NCBI GenBank assembly: GCA_038087875.1
Contig: CM075995.1
Location: forward strand, 7,070,001 to 7,134,000
DNA: 64,000 nt
Source: Malacoraja senta
Lineage: Eukaryota
Direction: 5' to 3'
Positions 1-13,903 of the stretch are shown in pieces. The notes below the pieces were generated by a model. The model was given only the letters and a program-made list of their open reading frames with translations. It was not told the DNA's origin and did no database searches. Every line of letters starts with the position of its first letter. Position 1 is the first letter of the stretch. The translations under genes and the position numbers were made by a program.

Positions 1-175
1 CATGGAAACAGGCCCGTCACCCCCTCAGGCCCACTCTGCCCACTGATAACCAGTTTACACTAGTTCTATGTTTCTTATCCATTTTCTCATCCACTCCCTT
101 TAAGTTTGGTTTTGTTTAGTTCAGTCCAGCCCCTTCTTGTCAGATGTATCAAGCGTATAGTGGAAAGCTTTTGTT

Positions 176-512
176 TGTTTAGTTTAGAGATGAAACAGGC
201 CCTTTCGGTCCAGCGGGTCCGCGCCGACCAGCGATCCCCGCACATTAACTTTATCCTATACCCACTAGGGACAAATTTTACATTTACCAAGCCAATTAAC
301 CTACAAACCTGTGCGTCTTTGGAGTGACAATAGACAATAGGTGCAGGAGTAGGTAATTTAAGAGGAAACCGAAGATCTCGGAGAAAACCCACGCAGGTCA
401 CGGGGAGAACGTACAAACTCCGTACAGACAGCACCCGTAGTCGGGATCGAACCCGGGTCTCCGGCGCTGCATTCGATGTAAGGCAGCAACTCTACCGCTG
501 CGCCACCGTGCC
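176..512 (-). mobile_element. tRNA-derived V-SINE (HE1-like)
   Basis: Reverse complement has a tRNA-like head (GGCACGGTGGCGCAGCGGTAGAG...GGTTCGATCCC), the V-domain core (GGAGTTTGTACGTTCTCCCCGTG) and a CR1-like tail ending (CTAAA)n. Confidence 0.8.
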
Positions 513-945
513 GGTTACTAACCAGTCAGTGGAAAGACTATACCAGATTACAATCAAGCTGTCCACAGTGTGTGGGGAAAGAGTACAACATTTAGTGCAA
601 GATAAAGTCTGGTTAAAGAGAGTTCAAAGGTTTCCAATGAGGTGTCTGGGAGGTCAGGACCACAGCCTAGCTGATGGTGTTTAACAGAGCATCTAATGTC
701 ATGTTTTTTGTTAAAGTGGGAGTGCCTAAAATTTGTCTTTTTCAAATGTACTTGTATTATTTCAGAATTTAAATAAATGGCATCTAGAGTTTCACCAAAA
801 AATAAAAATAAAAATCCTGACTACAGGTGCTGTCTGTATGGCGTTTGTACGTTCTCCCCGTGACCGCGTGGGTTTTCCCTGAGATCTTCGTTTTCCTCCC
901 ACACTTCAAAGACGTACAGGGTTGTCAGTTAATTGGCTTGGTATC

Positions 946-1351
946 AGTTCTAAATGGCCTTCCCCTTATTCATAAACTGTGGCCCCTGGTTCTGGACTCC
1001 CCCAACACTGGGAACATGTTTCCTGCAACTAGCGTGTCCAATCCCTTAAAAATGTTATGTTTCTATAAGATCCCCCTCATCCTTCTAAATTCCAGTGAAT
1101 ACAAGCCCAGTCGCTCCATTTTTTAAATCATATGACAGTCCCGCCATCCTGGGAATTAACCTTGTGAACCTACGCTGCACTCCCTCAATAGCAAGAATGT
1201 CCTTCTTCAAATTAGGAGACCAAAACTGCGCACAATACTCCAGGTGTGGTCTCACCAGGGCTCTGTACAACTGCAGAAGGACCTCTTTGCTCCTATATTC
1301 GATTCCTCTTGTTATAAAGGCCAACATGCCATTAGCTTTCTTCACTGCCTG
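946..1351 (-). mobile_element. CR1 LINE RT C-terminal fragment
   Basis: ORF 1085-1345 reads KKANGMLAFITRGIEYRSKEVLLQLYRALVRPHLEYCAQFWSP, typical of the CR1 ORF2 C-terminus. Confidence 0.85.
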
Positions 1352-2465
1352 TTAATGTGCGGGGATCGCTGGTCGGTGCGGACTCGGTGGGCCGAAGGGC
1401 CTGTTTCCGCGCTGCATCTCTAAACTGATCCAGAAGAAACCCACGCAGGGAGAACGTGCAAACTCCGTGTAGACAGCACCCGTAGTCAGGATCGAACCCG
1501 GGTGTCTGGCGCTGTAAGGCAGCAACTCTACCGCTGCGCCACCGTGCCGCCCTTTCCTAGCAACCATAAATCATCAGCTGCTGTGTGTGAATCCTGCTGC
1601 GACTTAGAAAGTTTGAAATGAATGGATTAAATATATACTACAGTTTACGAGGAGGTTGCCAGGACTAGAGGGTCTGAGCCATTTGCCATACAGTCACACC
1701 GATAAAAAGCAACAAGACACATAAAAGACATTTTAACATAAACATCCACCACAGTGACTCCTCCACATTCCTCACTGTGATGGAAGGTGAAAAAAAAGTT
1801 CAATCTCTTCCCTTCTGTAATTACATCCTTTATGACGAGTGTAGATGACATGTGCATGTACCTTTAACATAGTGACCTCACCACTACTAACCACTCCCCA
1901 CATCACTAGTATAATTACAACCTTCCCACCCAGTGCTCGCTCTCTGGTTCCGGTGACAGACCACGAATAGCTAGGGCAGTAAAGTATGTGTATCATGAAT
2001 AAACAGTACTAAAGACACAGTGTGTTATGACGCCTCTTTACAACGAGCATGGGCGAGTCTCACCCCGGCCACTCCCTCTTCTCCCCACTTCCAACGGGCA
2101 ATAGGTATAGAAGTGTGAAAACGCACACTTACAGATTCAGGGACAGTTTCTTCCCAGCTGTTATCAGGCAACTGAACCATCCTACCACTGGTGGGAGAGT
2201 CCAGGACCAGATGTCATAACTTGAGAATTAAATGACGTTCCTTTAGGAAGGAGACGAGGAGGAATTTCTTCAGTCAGAGGGTGGTGAATTTGTGGAATTC
2301 TTTGCCACAGACGGCTGTGGATGCCAAGTCAGTGGATATTTTTAAGGCAGAGATAACCAGTCAGTGGAAGGACAACACATGATTACAATCGAGCCATTTG
2401 CAATGTATAGATACATGATAATGGGAATAACGTTTAGTGCAAGGTAAATCCAGTAAAGTCTGATC

Positions 2466-2810
2466 CAATCTTCCCAGTCCCGCCTGCAACTGGTCCAAAA
2501 CGCTGCAGCGAGACTCCTGACGGGCACCCGAAAAAGGGACCACATCACCCCGATCCAGGCCTCCCTCCACTAGCTCCCTGTGCGGTTCCGTATAAACTTC
2601 AAGATCCTCCTCCACGTCTACAAAGCCCTCAATGGGTTTGCCTCCACTTACATAAAAAGTCTTCTCACCCACCACTCCACCTCCAGGCCCCCTCAGATCG
2701 GCCGACTTGGGGTTGCTGAATATCCCACGGTCTAGGCATAAGCTCAGGGGCGACCGCGCCTTTGCGGTTGCAGCCCCTAGACTGTGGAGCAGCATCCCCT
2801 TTCCCATCTT
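2466..2810 (+). mobile_element. L2 LINE 3' fragment
   Basis: Translates LQLVQNAAARLLTG...HITP...RGDRAFAVAAPRLW. Same family as 42478-42905. Confidence 0.75.
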
Positions 2811-3363
2811 CGATTTTCCAGCATCTGCAGTTCCTTCTTAAACACAAAGTCTGATCAAATATAGTTTGAGGGTCTCCAATGAGGTAGATGGTAGTTCAGC
2901 AGTGGTAGGATGGTCCAGTTGCCTGACAACAGCTGGGAAGAAACTGTCCCTGAATGGGTGCTGTCTGCATTGGGTTTGTACATTCTCCCTGTGACCGCGT
3001 GGGTTTCCTCTGGGTGCTCCGGTTTCCTCCCACACTCCAAAACGTGGATTGTGTAGGTTACAGGCCCTTCGGCCCAACTTGCCCTTTCCAACCACCTTGC
3101 CCCATCTATGCTAGCCCCATCTGCCTGCGTTTGGTCCACATCCCTCTAAACCTGTCCTATCCATGTACCTGTCTAAGTGTCATTTAAATGTGATTATGCT
3201 ACCCAGCTCAACCACCTCCTCTGGCAGCTTGTTCCGTATACCCAACACTCTCTGTGTGAATCTCCGTACCTGTCCAAATGGGTTGGAAAACTATTTTTCG
3301 GGCATCGTGTTGGGGGGAGGGAGGGGGGGGTGCGCGATGGAGAAAGCAGGAAGAGAACACACG

Positions 3364-3660
3364 GTTGCGGCCTAGCGCCAGAGACCCGGGTGACCATCCT
3401 GACCACGGGTGCTGTCTGTACGGAGTTTGCACGTTCTCCCCGTGAGCTGCGTGGGTTTTCTCCGGGTGCTCCGGTTTCCTCCAACACTCCAAAGGCGTGC
3501 AGGTTTGTAGGTCAATTGGCTTCTGTAAATTACCCCCTGGTGTGTAGAATGCAAAAAGTGACATAACATAGAACTAGTGTACAGATGGCCGTTGGTTGGC
3601 GCTGACCCGATGGGCCGAAGGGCCTGTTTCCACGCAGCGTCTCTAAAATCAAAAACTAAA
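3364..3660 (+). mobile_element. V-SINE (HE1-like)
   Basis: B-box remnant, V-domain core and GGGCCGAAGGGCCTGTTTCC tail. Confidence 0.7.
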
Positions 3661-3774
3661 AATATGTAAGCGAGATAGGTAGATGAAGGTAAGATGCAGA
3701 TCGGTCATGAATCATTCCCAAAGGAAAAATTGTGTTCTCAGGATCATCACTGAGATGATGACCACAGAGTCTCC

Positions 3775-4220
3775 AGGGCCTGTCCCACTAAGCGATTTTT
3801 TTGGGCGACTGCCGATGACTGTCATAGCCATAGCAGGTCGCCGAAAAAAAGGCGACTGGACTAATGGGCCTGTTCCACTTAGGCGAATTTTTCGGTGACT
3901 GCCGGCGACTTCAATAATGGAATTTACCGAAGTCAGCACCGGCGACAGCCTACGTCATCCTGGCAACAACCTACGCCATCCTGGCGACAACCTACAACAA
4001 CCTACGACAGCACCTACGTCAGGAGAAGACAAGCTACGACAAGTCCACGGTCACCGACTGTCGCCGAAAAGTTTTGAACATTTCAAAATCCAGCGGCGAC
4101 CAGTAAAACGCTACGACTCTTTGGGTGACTGAGGAGACTACTCGCGACCATACGGGTGACACCCGGGCGACCATGTGGCGGCAGCCTAGTCGCCTAAAAA
4201 ATGGCCTAAGAGGCCCTTCA
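3775..4220. mobile_element. PIF/Harbinger-type MITE remnants
   Basis: GGGCCTGTCCCACT TIR starts near 3776 and 3865, with an internal CAACCTACG-rich body like 57624-58007. Confidence 0.55.
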
Positions 4221-5550
4221 CGTACTATTTTACAGCAATATTCTCATGAAACATTAATTGCTTAAAGTCATCCAAAATCAGTTCCTGCCTTCTCCACGTA
4301 TCCCCTGACTCCGCCATCTTTAAGAGCCCTATCTAGCTCGCTCTTGAAAGCATCCAGAGAACCGGCCTCCACCACCCTCTGAGGCAGAGAATTCCACAGA
4401 CTCACCACTCTCTGTGTGAAAAAGTGTTTCCTCGTCTCCGTTCTAAATGGCTTGCTCCTTATTCTTAAACTGTGTGGCCCCTGGTTCTGGACTCCCCCAA
4501 CATCGGGAACATGTTTCCTGCCTCTAGCGTGTCCAAGCCCTTAACAATCTTATATGTTTCAATAAGATATCCTCTCATCCTTCTAAACTCCAGAGTGTAC
4601 AAGCCCAGCCGCTCCATTCTCTCAACATGACAGTCCCGCTATCCTGGGAATTAACCTTGCGAACCAACGCTGCACTCTCTGTGTGGGGAACGCTGGTCGG
4701 TACGGACTTGTTGGGCCGAAGGGCCTGTTTCCGCGCTGTATCTCTAAATTAAACTAAACACTGTCGCTCTCTAGTCATAGAGTCATTGATTTATGCAGCA
4801 TGGATAGAGGCTCTTCACCCCCCCAAGCATTCCCATCCAAGGCTGCGAGAAATTGCAGAGAGTTGTGGACGCAGCCTTGACCATCACAGACCCTTAATAA
4901 TCTTACATGGAAATAACCTTTCCAAAGTTCCTGTAACGGGGTCGACCAGAACTGCACGCAGTTTTGGTCACTGTAGTTTCAATAAAATACCCCTTATTCA
5001 AAATGGTTGTATTAATTCTCATCATTTTCAAGCAGTACCTCAGGATGGAGGTTAACTTGCTTCCCCTCTGGTTCAGTGCAATCTGGGATAACGGACACGG
5101 TGGCGCTGTGGTAGAGTTGCTGCCTCACAGCGCCAGAGATCCGGGTTCCATCCTGACTACGGGTGCTGTCTGTACAGAGTTTGTACCTTCTCCCTGTGAC
5201 CTGCGTGGTTTTCTCCAGGTGCTCCGGCTTTCTCCCACACTGCAAGGATCTGCATGTTGGCAGGTTAATCGGCTGCGGTAACATTGTGAATTGTCCCGAG
5301 TGTGTATGTTAGAGCGAGTGCACGGGGTGATCGCTGGTCGGCGCGGACACGGTGGGCCGCGGGACCTGTTTCCTCGCTGTATCTCTAAAGTCTAAATTGT
5401 CGTGGGTATAAATATCTGGCAGATGCGCACACGTGATGAGTGTGTTTGGGGGGACGGGAATAGACCAGTGTGGCAGCTGGTCCTGCAGTCCTCTCAGCTA
5501 CACTCTGTGTCTCCATGTTCTCTGCAGCAACTGCGGTTGGAATGAGAAAC

Positions 5551-6435
<885 letters not shown>

Positions 6436-7612
6436 GGGCCAGGCGGGCAGCGTAACTGCTGCGGCTGGAGGAGGCAGAGGTGGCAGTGGGGGGGCTTGAA
6501 AGCAAAAGGGCCCTTCGACTGGCTCATTGAGAAGCACGGCCCAAGATAAGAAGAAGAACAGGCAGCATCTCTGGATAGAAGGAATGGGTGTCAGGACCTC
6601 TGTTCAGTCTGAAGAAGGGTCTCGACCCGAAACGCCACCCATTCCTTCTCTCCAGAGATGCTGCCTGACCCGCTGAGTTATTCCAGCTTCTATTGTGTAC
6701 CATTATTGAGTTCCGTTCTGAGCACCACGTAATAGGAAAGATGTTGTCAAGTTGGAAAGGGGATGGTGCCAAAACTCGAGGGCCTGAACTACAGGGCGAG
6801 ATTAAGTAGGCCGAGATGAGCGGTGATCTTATAGAGGTGTATAAAATGATGAGAGGAATAAATCGGATAGATGCACAGAGTCTCTTGCCCAGAGTAGGGG
6901 AATCGAGAACCATATGTTTAAGGAGAGGGGAGAAAGATCTGAGGGAAAACCTTTTCACACAAAGTGGTGGTGGGTGTATGGAATGAGCTGCTGGAGAGGT
7001 AGTTGAGGAAGGGACTATTGAGGAAACATTTAGTCAGGTGCATGGATAGGACAGGTTCAGAGGGATGTGGGCCAAATGCAGGCAGGTGGGACGAGTGCAG
7101 ATGGGGCACGTACGTGGGTCACTATGAGCAAGCTGGGCCGAAGGGCCTGTTTCCACTCTGTTTCACTCTATGACTATTACCCTGCGGGTCATGGCCTGGA
7201 AGGTGCCCACCTTGCCCCTGCTGGTCCCCCGAAGACCAGGGAGTGGGAGGATGGAGCCAGCGATGGTGACGGACGGGAGGGGCGAGGAGTGAGGCCGGAG
7301 GAGAGGAGAGGGAACCGGGATCTGGCCCACTGCGCCCTCGAGGACGGCTGCGGGAGGCTCCCACCCCACAGGGAAACAAAGGTGGATGGGCGAGGAGAGG
7401 AGAGAGACATGAGGTCGCTGGTCGACCAAGGAAGGTGACGGCTGGAGGCCCTGCAACAGCCTGGGACTCGCCTGGATCGGGCACCGTTCATAACAGCTGG
7501 AGCGCGGGGCTGGTCTTGAAAAATGGCGCCTAAATATGGCGTCGCTTGCACGCGGGATCAGCGCACTGTGTCTGACAACCTGCTAATTGGAGATGCGCTT
7601 GGCTACGGAAAT

Positions 7613-8113
7613 TAGGGTTGCCAACTTTCTCACTCCCAAATAAGGGGCAAATACACATTAAGGGACAAATTCCCGACGGCAATTCGTTAACCGACTCGGC
7701 CGTGGCTGGGTGAATGATGAGTTGGCCCGGGTGCTGGACTGCACACAAAGCCCAGCCGGCGGGCCAGCTGAGGAGTTTTGGCCCGGGCCGCGCGACATCG
7801 CTCGCAAAGTCCGGCACCCCATCCAACTCGTGAACCGATGATCGGCCATGAGAAGGAGGGGTGGTGGTGGTGTCGGCGAAGGTCAGACTGTTGGCCGGGC
7901 TGCCGACCGACGGGGTCACGGGCGAGGCGCTGCTGCTGCTGCACTCCATGGGCTGCACTACGTCGGGACGGGTGAGGCGGGGTCCAACCCGACAGACCCC
8001 TCAACCCGAGGAGTAGCAGTCAAATACGGGACAAGGGCGGTCCCGTATGGGACAAACCAATTTAGCCCAATATACAGGATGTCCCGGCTAATACAGGACA
8101 GTTGGCAACCCTA
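7613..8113. mobile_element. hAT (Blackjack-like) MITE, copy 1
   Basis: TIRs TAGGGTTGCCAAC...GTTGGCAACCCTA, subterminal GGGACA/TGTCCC motifs, degenerate 8-bp TSD ACGGAAAT/ATGGCAAT. Confidence 0.75.
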
Positions 8114-8319
8114 ATGGCAATACTCTACTGTAATGCTTGTTAGAAAAGAATTTCACTGTGCGTATGCACTTTGCACAAGTGAAAATGAAGCACCATTAAA
8201 CTATTGAAGTATTGAGTCTCGGCATTAAAATCCTTGTGCAGAAGCCACCACAGAAAGACCTCCAACCATTCCGTGCCTAACTGCCTCATTGGAGACCTGT
8301 AATCTATCTTTAATTTATC

Positions 8320-8850
8320 GGAGGAAGGACATTATAGCCATAGAGGGAGTGCAGAGAAGGTTCACCAGACTGATTCCTGGGATGTCAGGACTTTCATATG
8401 AAGAAAGACTGGATAGACTTGGCTTATACTCGCTAGAATTTAGGAGATTGAGAGGGGATCTTATAGAAACGTACAAAATTCTTATGGGGTTGGACAGGCT
8501 AGATGCAGGAAGATTGTTCCCGATGTTGGGGAAGTCCAGGACAAGGGGTCACAGCTTAAGGATAAGGGGGAAATCCTTTAAAACCGAGATGAGAAAAAAC
8601 TTTTTCACACAGAGAGTGGTGAATCTCTGGAACTCTTTGCCACAGAGGGTAGTCGAGGCCAGTTCATTGGCTATATTTAAGAGGGAGTTAGATGTGGCCC
8701 TTGTGGCTAAAGGGGATCAGGGGGTATGGAGAGAAGGCAGGTACGGGATACTGAGTTGGGTGATCAGCCATGATCATATTGAATGGCGGTGCAGGCTGGA
8801 AGGGCCGAATGGCCTACTCCTGCACCTATTGTCTATGTATCTATGTATCT
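8320..8850 (+). mobile_element. CR1 LINE 3' fragment
   Basis: ORF reads RKDIIAIEGVQRRFTRLIPGMSGLSYEERLDRLGLYSLEFRRLRGDLIETYKI, followed by the 3' UTR and a (TCTATGTA)-type tail. Confidence 0.85.
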
Positions 8851-8973
8851 ATGGACTTGTCTTGCACCTCAATGTTGCACTCTTTATCCATTCTGCACAC
8901 GGCTCAGTTGTAATCGTGTATTGTCTTTCCACCGACTGGATAGCACGCAACAAAAGCTTTTCACTGTACCTCG

Positions 8974-9489
8974 TAGGGTTGCTAGCTGTCCTGTATTAGT
9001 CGGGACATCCCGTATATTGGGCTAAATTGGTTTGTCCCATACGGGACCGCCCTTGTCCCGTATTTGACCGCTACTACTCGGGTCGAGGGGACAATCGGGT
9101 CGGAGTGCCGCGTCCGGCCCCCGCCTCACCCGTCCCGACGTAGTGCAGCCCATGGAGTGCAGCAGCAGCACCTCGCCAGTCGGGAGCCCGGCCAGCTGTC
9201 CGACCTTCGGACCTTCGCTTACCGCCAACACCACCACCACCCCTCCTTCTCATGGCCGATCATCGGTTCACGGGTTGGACGGGGTGCCGGACTTTGCGCG
9301 CGACGTCGCGCCCGGGCCAAAACTCCTCAGCTGGCCCGCCGGCTGGGTTTTGTGTGCAGTCCAGCACCCGGGCCAACATTATTCACCCAGCCACGGCCCA
9401 GCCGGTCAACGAATTGCCATCGGAAATTTGTCCCGTATTTTGACCTTTTGTCCCTTATTTGGGAGTGTGAGAAAGTTGGCAACCCTCTA
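8974..9489. mobile_element. hAT (Blackjack-like) MITE, copy 2, inverted relative to copy 1
   Basis: Same TIRs and body. Interrupts a LINE 3' tail (TTTTCACTGTACCTCG...CACGTGACAA). Degenerate TSD GTACCTCG/GTGCCCCG. Confidence 0.75.
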
Positions 9490-10044
9490 GTGCCCCGGGA
9501 CACGTGACAACAATAAACTAAACTAATGTCCTGAGAATTAATCCATGCAAGTTATGTAACCCATTTAAGAGACGTTTTCTTTTTCTCAGAAATATCTAAC
9601 AGATATTTATATACACTGGACTTCCAGTGTATATAAGAGATCCTGCGCGGAAACAGCCCTTCGGCCCACCGAGTCCGCGCCGACCAGCCATCCCCGCACG
9701 CTAGCACTATCCGACACACACTCTTTACAATTTTACCGAAGCCAATTAACGGACAAACCTGTACGTCTTTGGAGTGTGGGAGGAAACCGTGGTGGGCACC
9801 TGTTTTATTGTGTCCATTTCCACTAATGCATAGTTGACCATAGTGGTCGTAGGGTGGACGTCCTAATGGGTCACCGGTTGTCAGTAGCTTGCCGTAGCTT
9901 GACATCGACTAGGTGGCAGGTTGTTGTAGACATTGTCGTAGGGGGGGGGTCCAGTCGTGGGTTTTTCGGCGACCTGCTACGGCTATGACAGTAGTTGGCA
10001 GTCGCCGAAAAAAATCGCCTAAGAGGGACAGGCCCATTAAGGTC

Positions 10045-13000
10045 TCAATAGACAATAGGTGCAGGAGTAGGCCATTTGGCCCTTCGAGCCAGCACCGCCA
10101 TTCAATGTGATCATGGCTGATCATCCCCAATCAGTACCCCGTTCCTGCCTTCTCCCCATATCCCCTGACTCCGCTATTTTTAAGAGCCCTATCTAGCTCT
10201 CTCTTGAAAGCAGCCAGAGAACCTGCCTCCACCGCCCTCTGAGGCAGAGAATTCCACAGACTCACCGCTCTCTGTGAGAAAAAGTTTCCTCGTCTCCGTT
10301 CTAAATGGCTTACTCCTTATTCTTAAACTGTGGCCCCTGGTTCTGGACTCCCCCAACATCGGGAACATGTTTCCTGCCTCTGTGTCCAAGCCCTTAACAA
10401 TCTTATATGTTTCAATGAGATACCCTCTCATCCTTCTAAACTCCAGAGAGTACAAGCCCAGTCGCTCCATTCTCTCAGCATATGACAGTCCCGCCATCCA
10501 GGGAATTAACCTTGTAAACCTACGCTGCACTCCCTCAATAGCAATAATGTCCTTCCTCAAATTAAGAGACCAAAATTGCACACAATACTCCAGGTGCAGT
10601 CTCACCAGGGCCCTGTTCAACTGCAGTAGGACTTCCTTGCTCCTAAACTCAAATCCTCTCGCAATGAAGGCCAACATGCCATTGGCTTTCTTCACTGCCT
10701 GCTGTACCTGCATGGTTACTTTCAGTGACTGATGTACAAGCACACCCAGGTCTTGTTGCACCTCCCCTTCTCCTAATCTGACACCATTCAGATAATAATC
10801 TGCCTTCCTGTTCTTGCCACCAAAGAGGATAACCTCACATTTATCCACATTATACTGCATCTGCCAGGCTTCTGCCCATTCACCCAAAATGGCATGTTGG
10901 CCTTTATAACAAGAGGAATCGAATATAGGAGCAAAGAGGTCCTTCTGCAGTTGTACAGAGCCCAAGTGAGACCACACCTGGAGTATTGTGTGCAGTTTTG
11001 GTCCCCTAATTTGAGGAAGGACATTCTTGCTATTGAGGGAGTGCAGCGTAGGTTTACAAGGTTAATTCCCGGGATGGCGGGACTGTCATATGCTGAGAGA
11101 ATGGAGCAGCTGGGCTTGTACACTCTGGTGTTTAGAAGGATGAGAGGGGATCTCATTGAAACATTTAAGATTGTTAGAGGTTTGGACACGCGATAGGCAG
11201 GAAACATGTTCCTGATGTTGGGGGAGTGCAGAACCAGGGGCCACAGTTTAAGAATAAGGAGTAAGCCATTTAGAACGGAGATGAGGAAACACTTTTTCTC
11301 ACAGAGAGTGGTGAGTCTGTGGAATTCTCTGCCTCAGAGGGCGGTGGAGGCAGGTTCGCTGGATGCTTTCAAGAGAGAGCTAGATAGGGCTCTTAAAAAT
11401 AGCGGAGTCAGGGGATATGGGGAGAAGGCAGGAACGGGGTACTGATTGGGGATGATCAGCCATGATCACATGGAATGGTGGTGCTGACTCGAAGGGCCGA
11501 ATGGCCTACTCCTGCACCTATTGTCTATTGTCTATTGTCTGTCCAAGTCACCCTCCATCCTCATAGCATCCTCCTCGCAGCTCACACTGCCACTCAGCTT
11601 TGTGTCATCTGCAAACCTAGAGATGTCACATTTAATTTCCTTGTCTAAATCGTTAATATATATTGTAAACAACTGGGGTCCCAGCACCGAGCCTTGCGGC
11701 ACCCCCACTAGTCACTCCCTGCCATTCTGAAAAGGACCAGTAAATTCCTACTCTTTGCTTCCTGTCTGCCAACCAATCCTCTATCCATGTCAATACCCTA
11801 CCCCCAATACCATGTGCTCTGATTCACCTGTCTCTGACTGTAAGGGACCTACATGCGTCTTCACTAATCTTTTCCTTTTTACATACCTATAGAAACTTTT
11901 ACAGTCAGCTTTTATATTCTCTGCAAGCTTTCTTTCATGCTCTTTTTCATCCTCTTAATTAACCCCTTTGTCCTCCTCTGTTGAGTTCTGAATTTCTCCA
12001 GGTCCTCCGGTTTTCCGCTTCTTCTGGCCAATTTATCTGTCTCTTCCTTGGATTTAACACTATCCTTGACTTCCCTCGTCAGCCACGGTTGAGCCGCCTT
12101 CCCCGTTTTATTTTTTCGCCAGACAGGGATGAACAATTTCTGGAGTTCATCCACGCGGTCTTTAAATCTTTGCCATTGCATCTCCACCGTCAACCCTTGA
12201 AGTATAATTTGCCCATCTATCCTAGCCAATTCCCATCTCATACCTTCAAAGTCTCCTTTATTCAAGTTCAGGAACTTAGTCTCTGAATTAACCGAGTCAC
12301 TCTCCATCCTAATGCAGTACTCCACCATATTATGGTCACTGTTGCCCAAGGGGCCTTGCACAACAAGATCGCTAACTAATCCTTCCTCATTACACAATAC
12401 CCAGTCTAGGATGGCCTGCCCTCTAGTCGGTTCCTCTACATATTGGTTTAAAAACCCATCCCGTATACCTCCCAGGAAATCCTCCTCCTCAGCACTATTA
12501 CCAATTTGGTTGGCCCAATCTATATGTAGATTAAAGTCACCCATGGTAACTGCTGTATCTTTGCTACACGCATCGCTAATTTCCTGCTTGATGCTATCCC
12601 CAACCTCCCTACTGCTGTTTGGTGGTCTGTATACAACTCCAACAAGTGTTTTCTGCCCTTGGCTATTTTGCAGTTCTACCCAGACCGATTCTACAGCATC
12701 CAAGCTAATGTCTCTCCTTGCTATTGCATTAATCTCCTCTTTAACCAGCAACGCCACCCCACCTCCTCTTCCTTTCTGTCTATCCTTCCTGAATATCGAA
12801 TACCCCTGCATGTTTACCTCCCAGCCTTGGTCACCCTGGAGCCATGTCTCCGTAATTCCAACTATATCATATCCCTTAACTACTAACTGCGCATTCAATT
12901 CATCCACCTTATTTCGAATGTCTGTGGAATTCTCTGCCTCAGAGGGCGGTGGAGGCCGGTTCTCTGGATGCTTTCAAGAGAGAGCCAGATAGGGCTCTTA

Positions 13001-13270
13001 AAGATAGCGGAGTCAGGGGATATGGGGAGAAGGCAGGAACGGGGTACTGATTGGGGATGATCAGCCATGATCACATTGAATGGCGGTGCTGGCTCGAAGG
13101 GCCGAATGGCCTACTCCTGCACCTATTGTCTATTATCTATTGAATGCTCCTCGCATTAAGGCACAAAGCTTTCAGGTTAATTTTTCTTATCTCTCCTCTT
13201 ACCTTTTGCTTCTGTCCTTCTTTTATGGCCCTCCATTGGTTCCCATCCCCCTGCCCTGTTAGTTTAAACG
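10045..13270 (-). mobile_element. Long, internally deleted CR1 LINE (APE endonuclease plus RT pieces), interrupted by two younger CR1 insertions
   Basis: APE ORF 11912-12907 (YDIVGITETWL, RKDR..GRGGGVALLVK, VGVVYRPPN, MGDFN, SDHNMV). Its N-terminus LCLNARSI lies at 13141-13270. RT pieces at 11536-11822 and 10189-10888. Confidence 0.85.
10889..11535 (+). mobile_element. CR1 3' fragment nested in the opposite-strand CR1
   Basis: MLAFITRGIEYRSKEVLLQLY..., (TGTCTAT)n tail. Host sequence rejoins as CACCCAA|TCTGTCCAAGTCACC. Confidence 0.85.
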
Positions 13271-13903
13271 TGACCTTTCCTGCACTCTCTTTCCCGTTAG
13301 CTGCACGGATACGCGTCCGCGCTGTACAGCACTGTGTGGAAGCTGCAGTCTGACAACGGTTGGGACAGCTGTACAGCACAACAACCTTTAGGCATTCATT
13401 GACGCACATCTATGTCCCTGATGCGTATTCATTGACGTACCCCAATGTTTTGGGATGGTTAATTCCTTGACGCACACCACAAGGTTCTTGATATTGAAAA
13501 TTAAATAAAGGATTAAATAGCACGCAGGTTCACGTGTATTAGTGTTGTTGCATTTGTATATTATTGTTTTGAGAACGTATTGTTATTGATGATAAAAAAA
13601 TTAGAAAGTGCGCACAATTTTAAGGGTCAAAATCTGTACAAAAAGTCTGAGTGGAATTTCAGATTAGTACAGGAACTGGGACTATGATCTCTCCTGGAGG
13701 ACAAGTAAATAAAGTGTGTCTGGAAAATAAATGGAAGTTGTCAGAGACCAGTTGATCGGCGACGGCAGATGGAAACAGGCCTTTCCGCCCAAATCATCCC
13801 AGCTGACTAATCTAACCACCACTGTCGGGGAAGGCACAATGTCCAGTCCCCAACCCCAGTTCACCCAAAAGTCAGGCCCAATGAGGCCTCCGCTATTGCC
13901 CCA

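Noticed and set aside
11912..12907. 331-aa endonuclease ORF as a domesticated gene
   Set aside because: CR1 APE domain with its N-terminus split off by an insertion and its C-terminus frameshifted and deleted.
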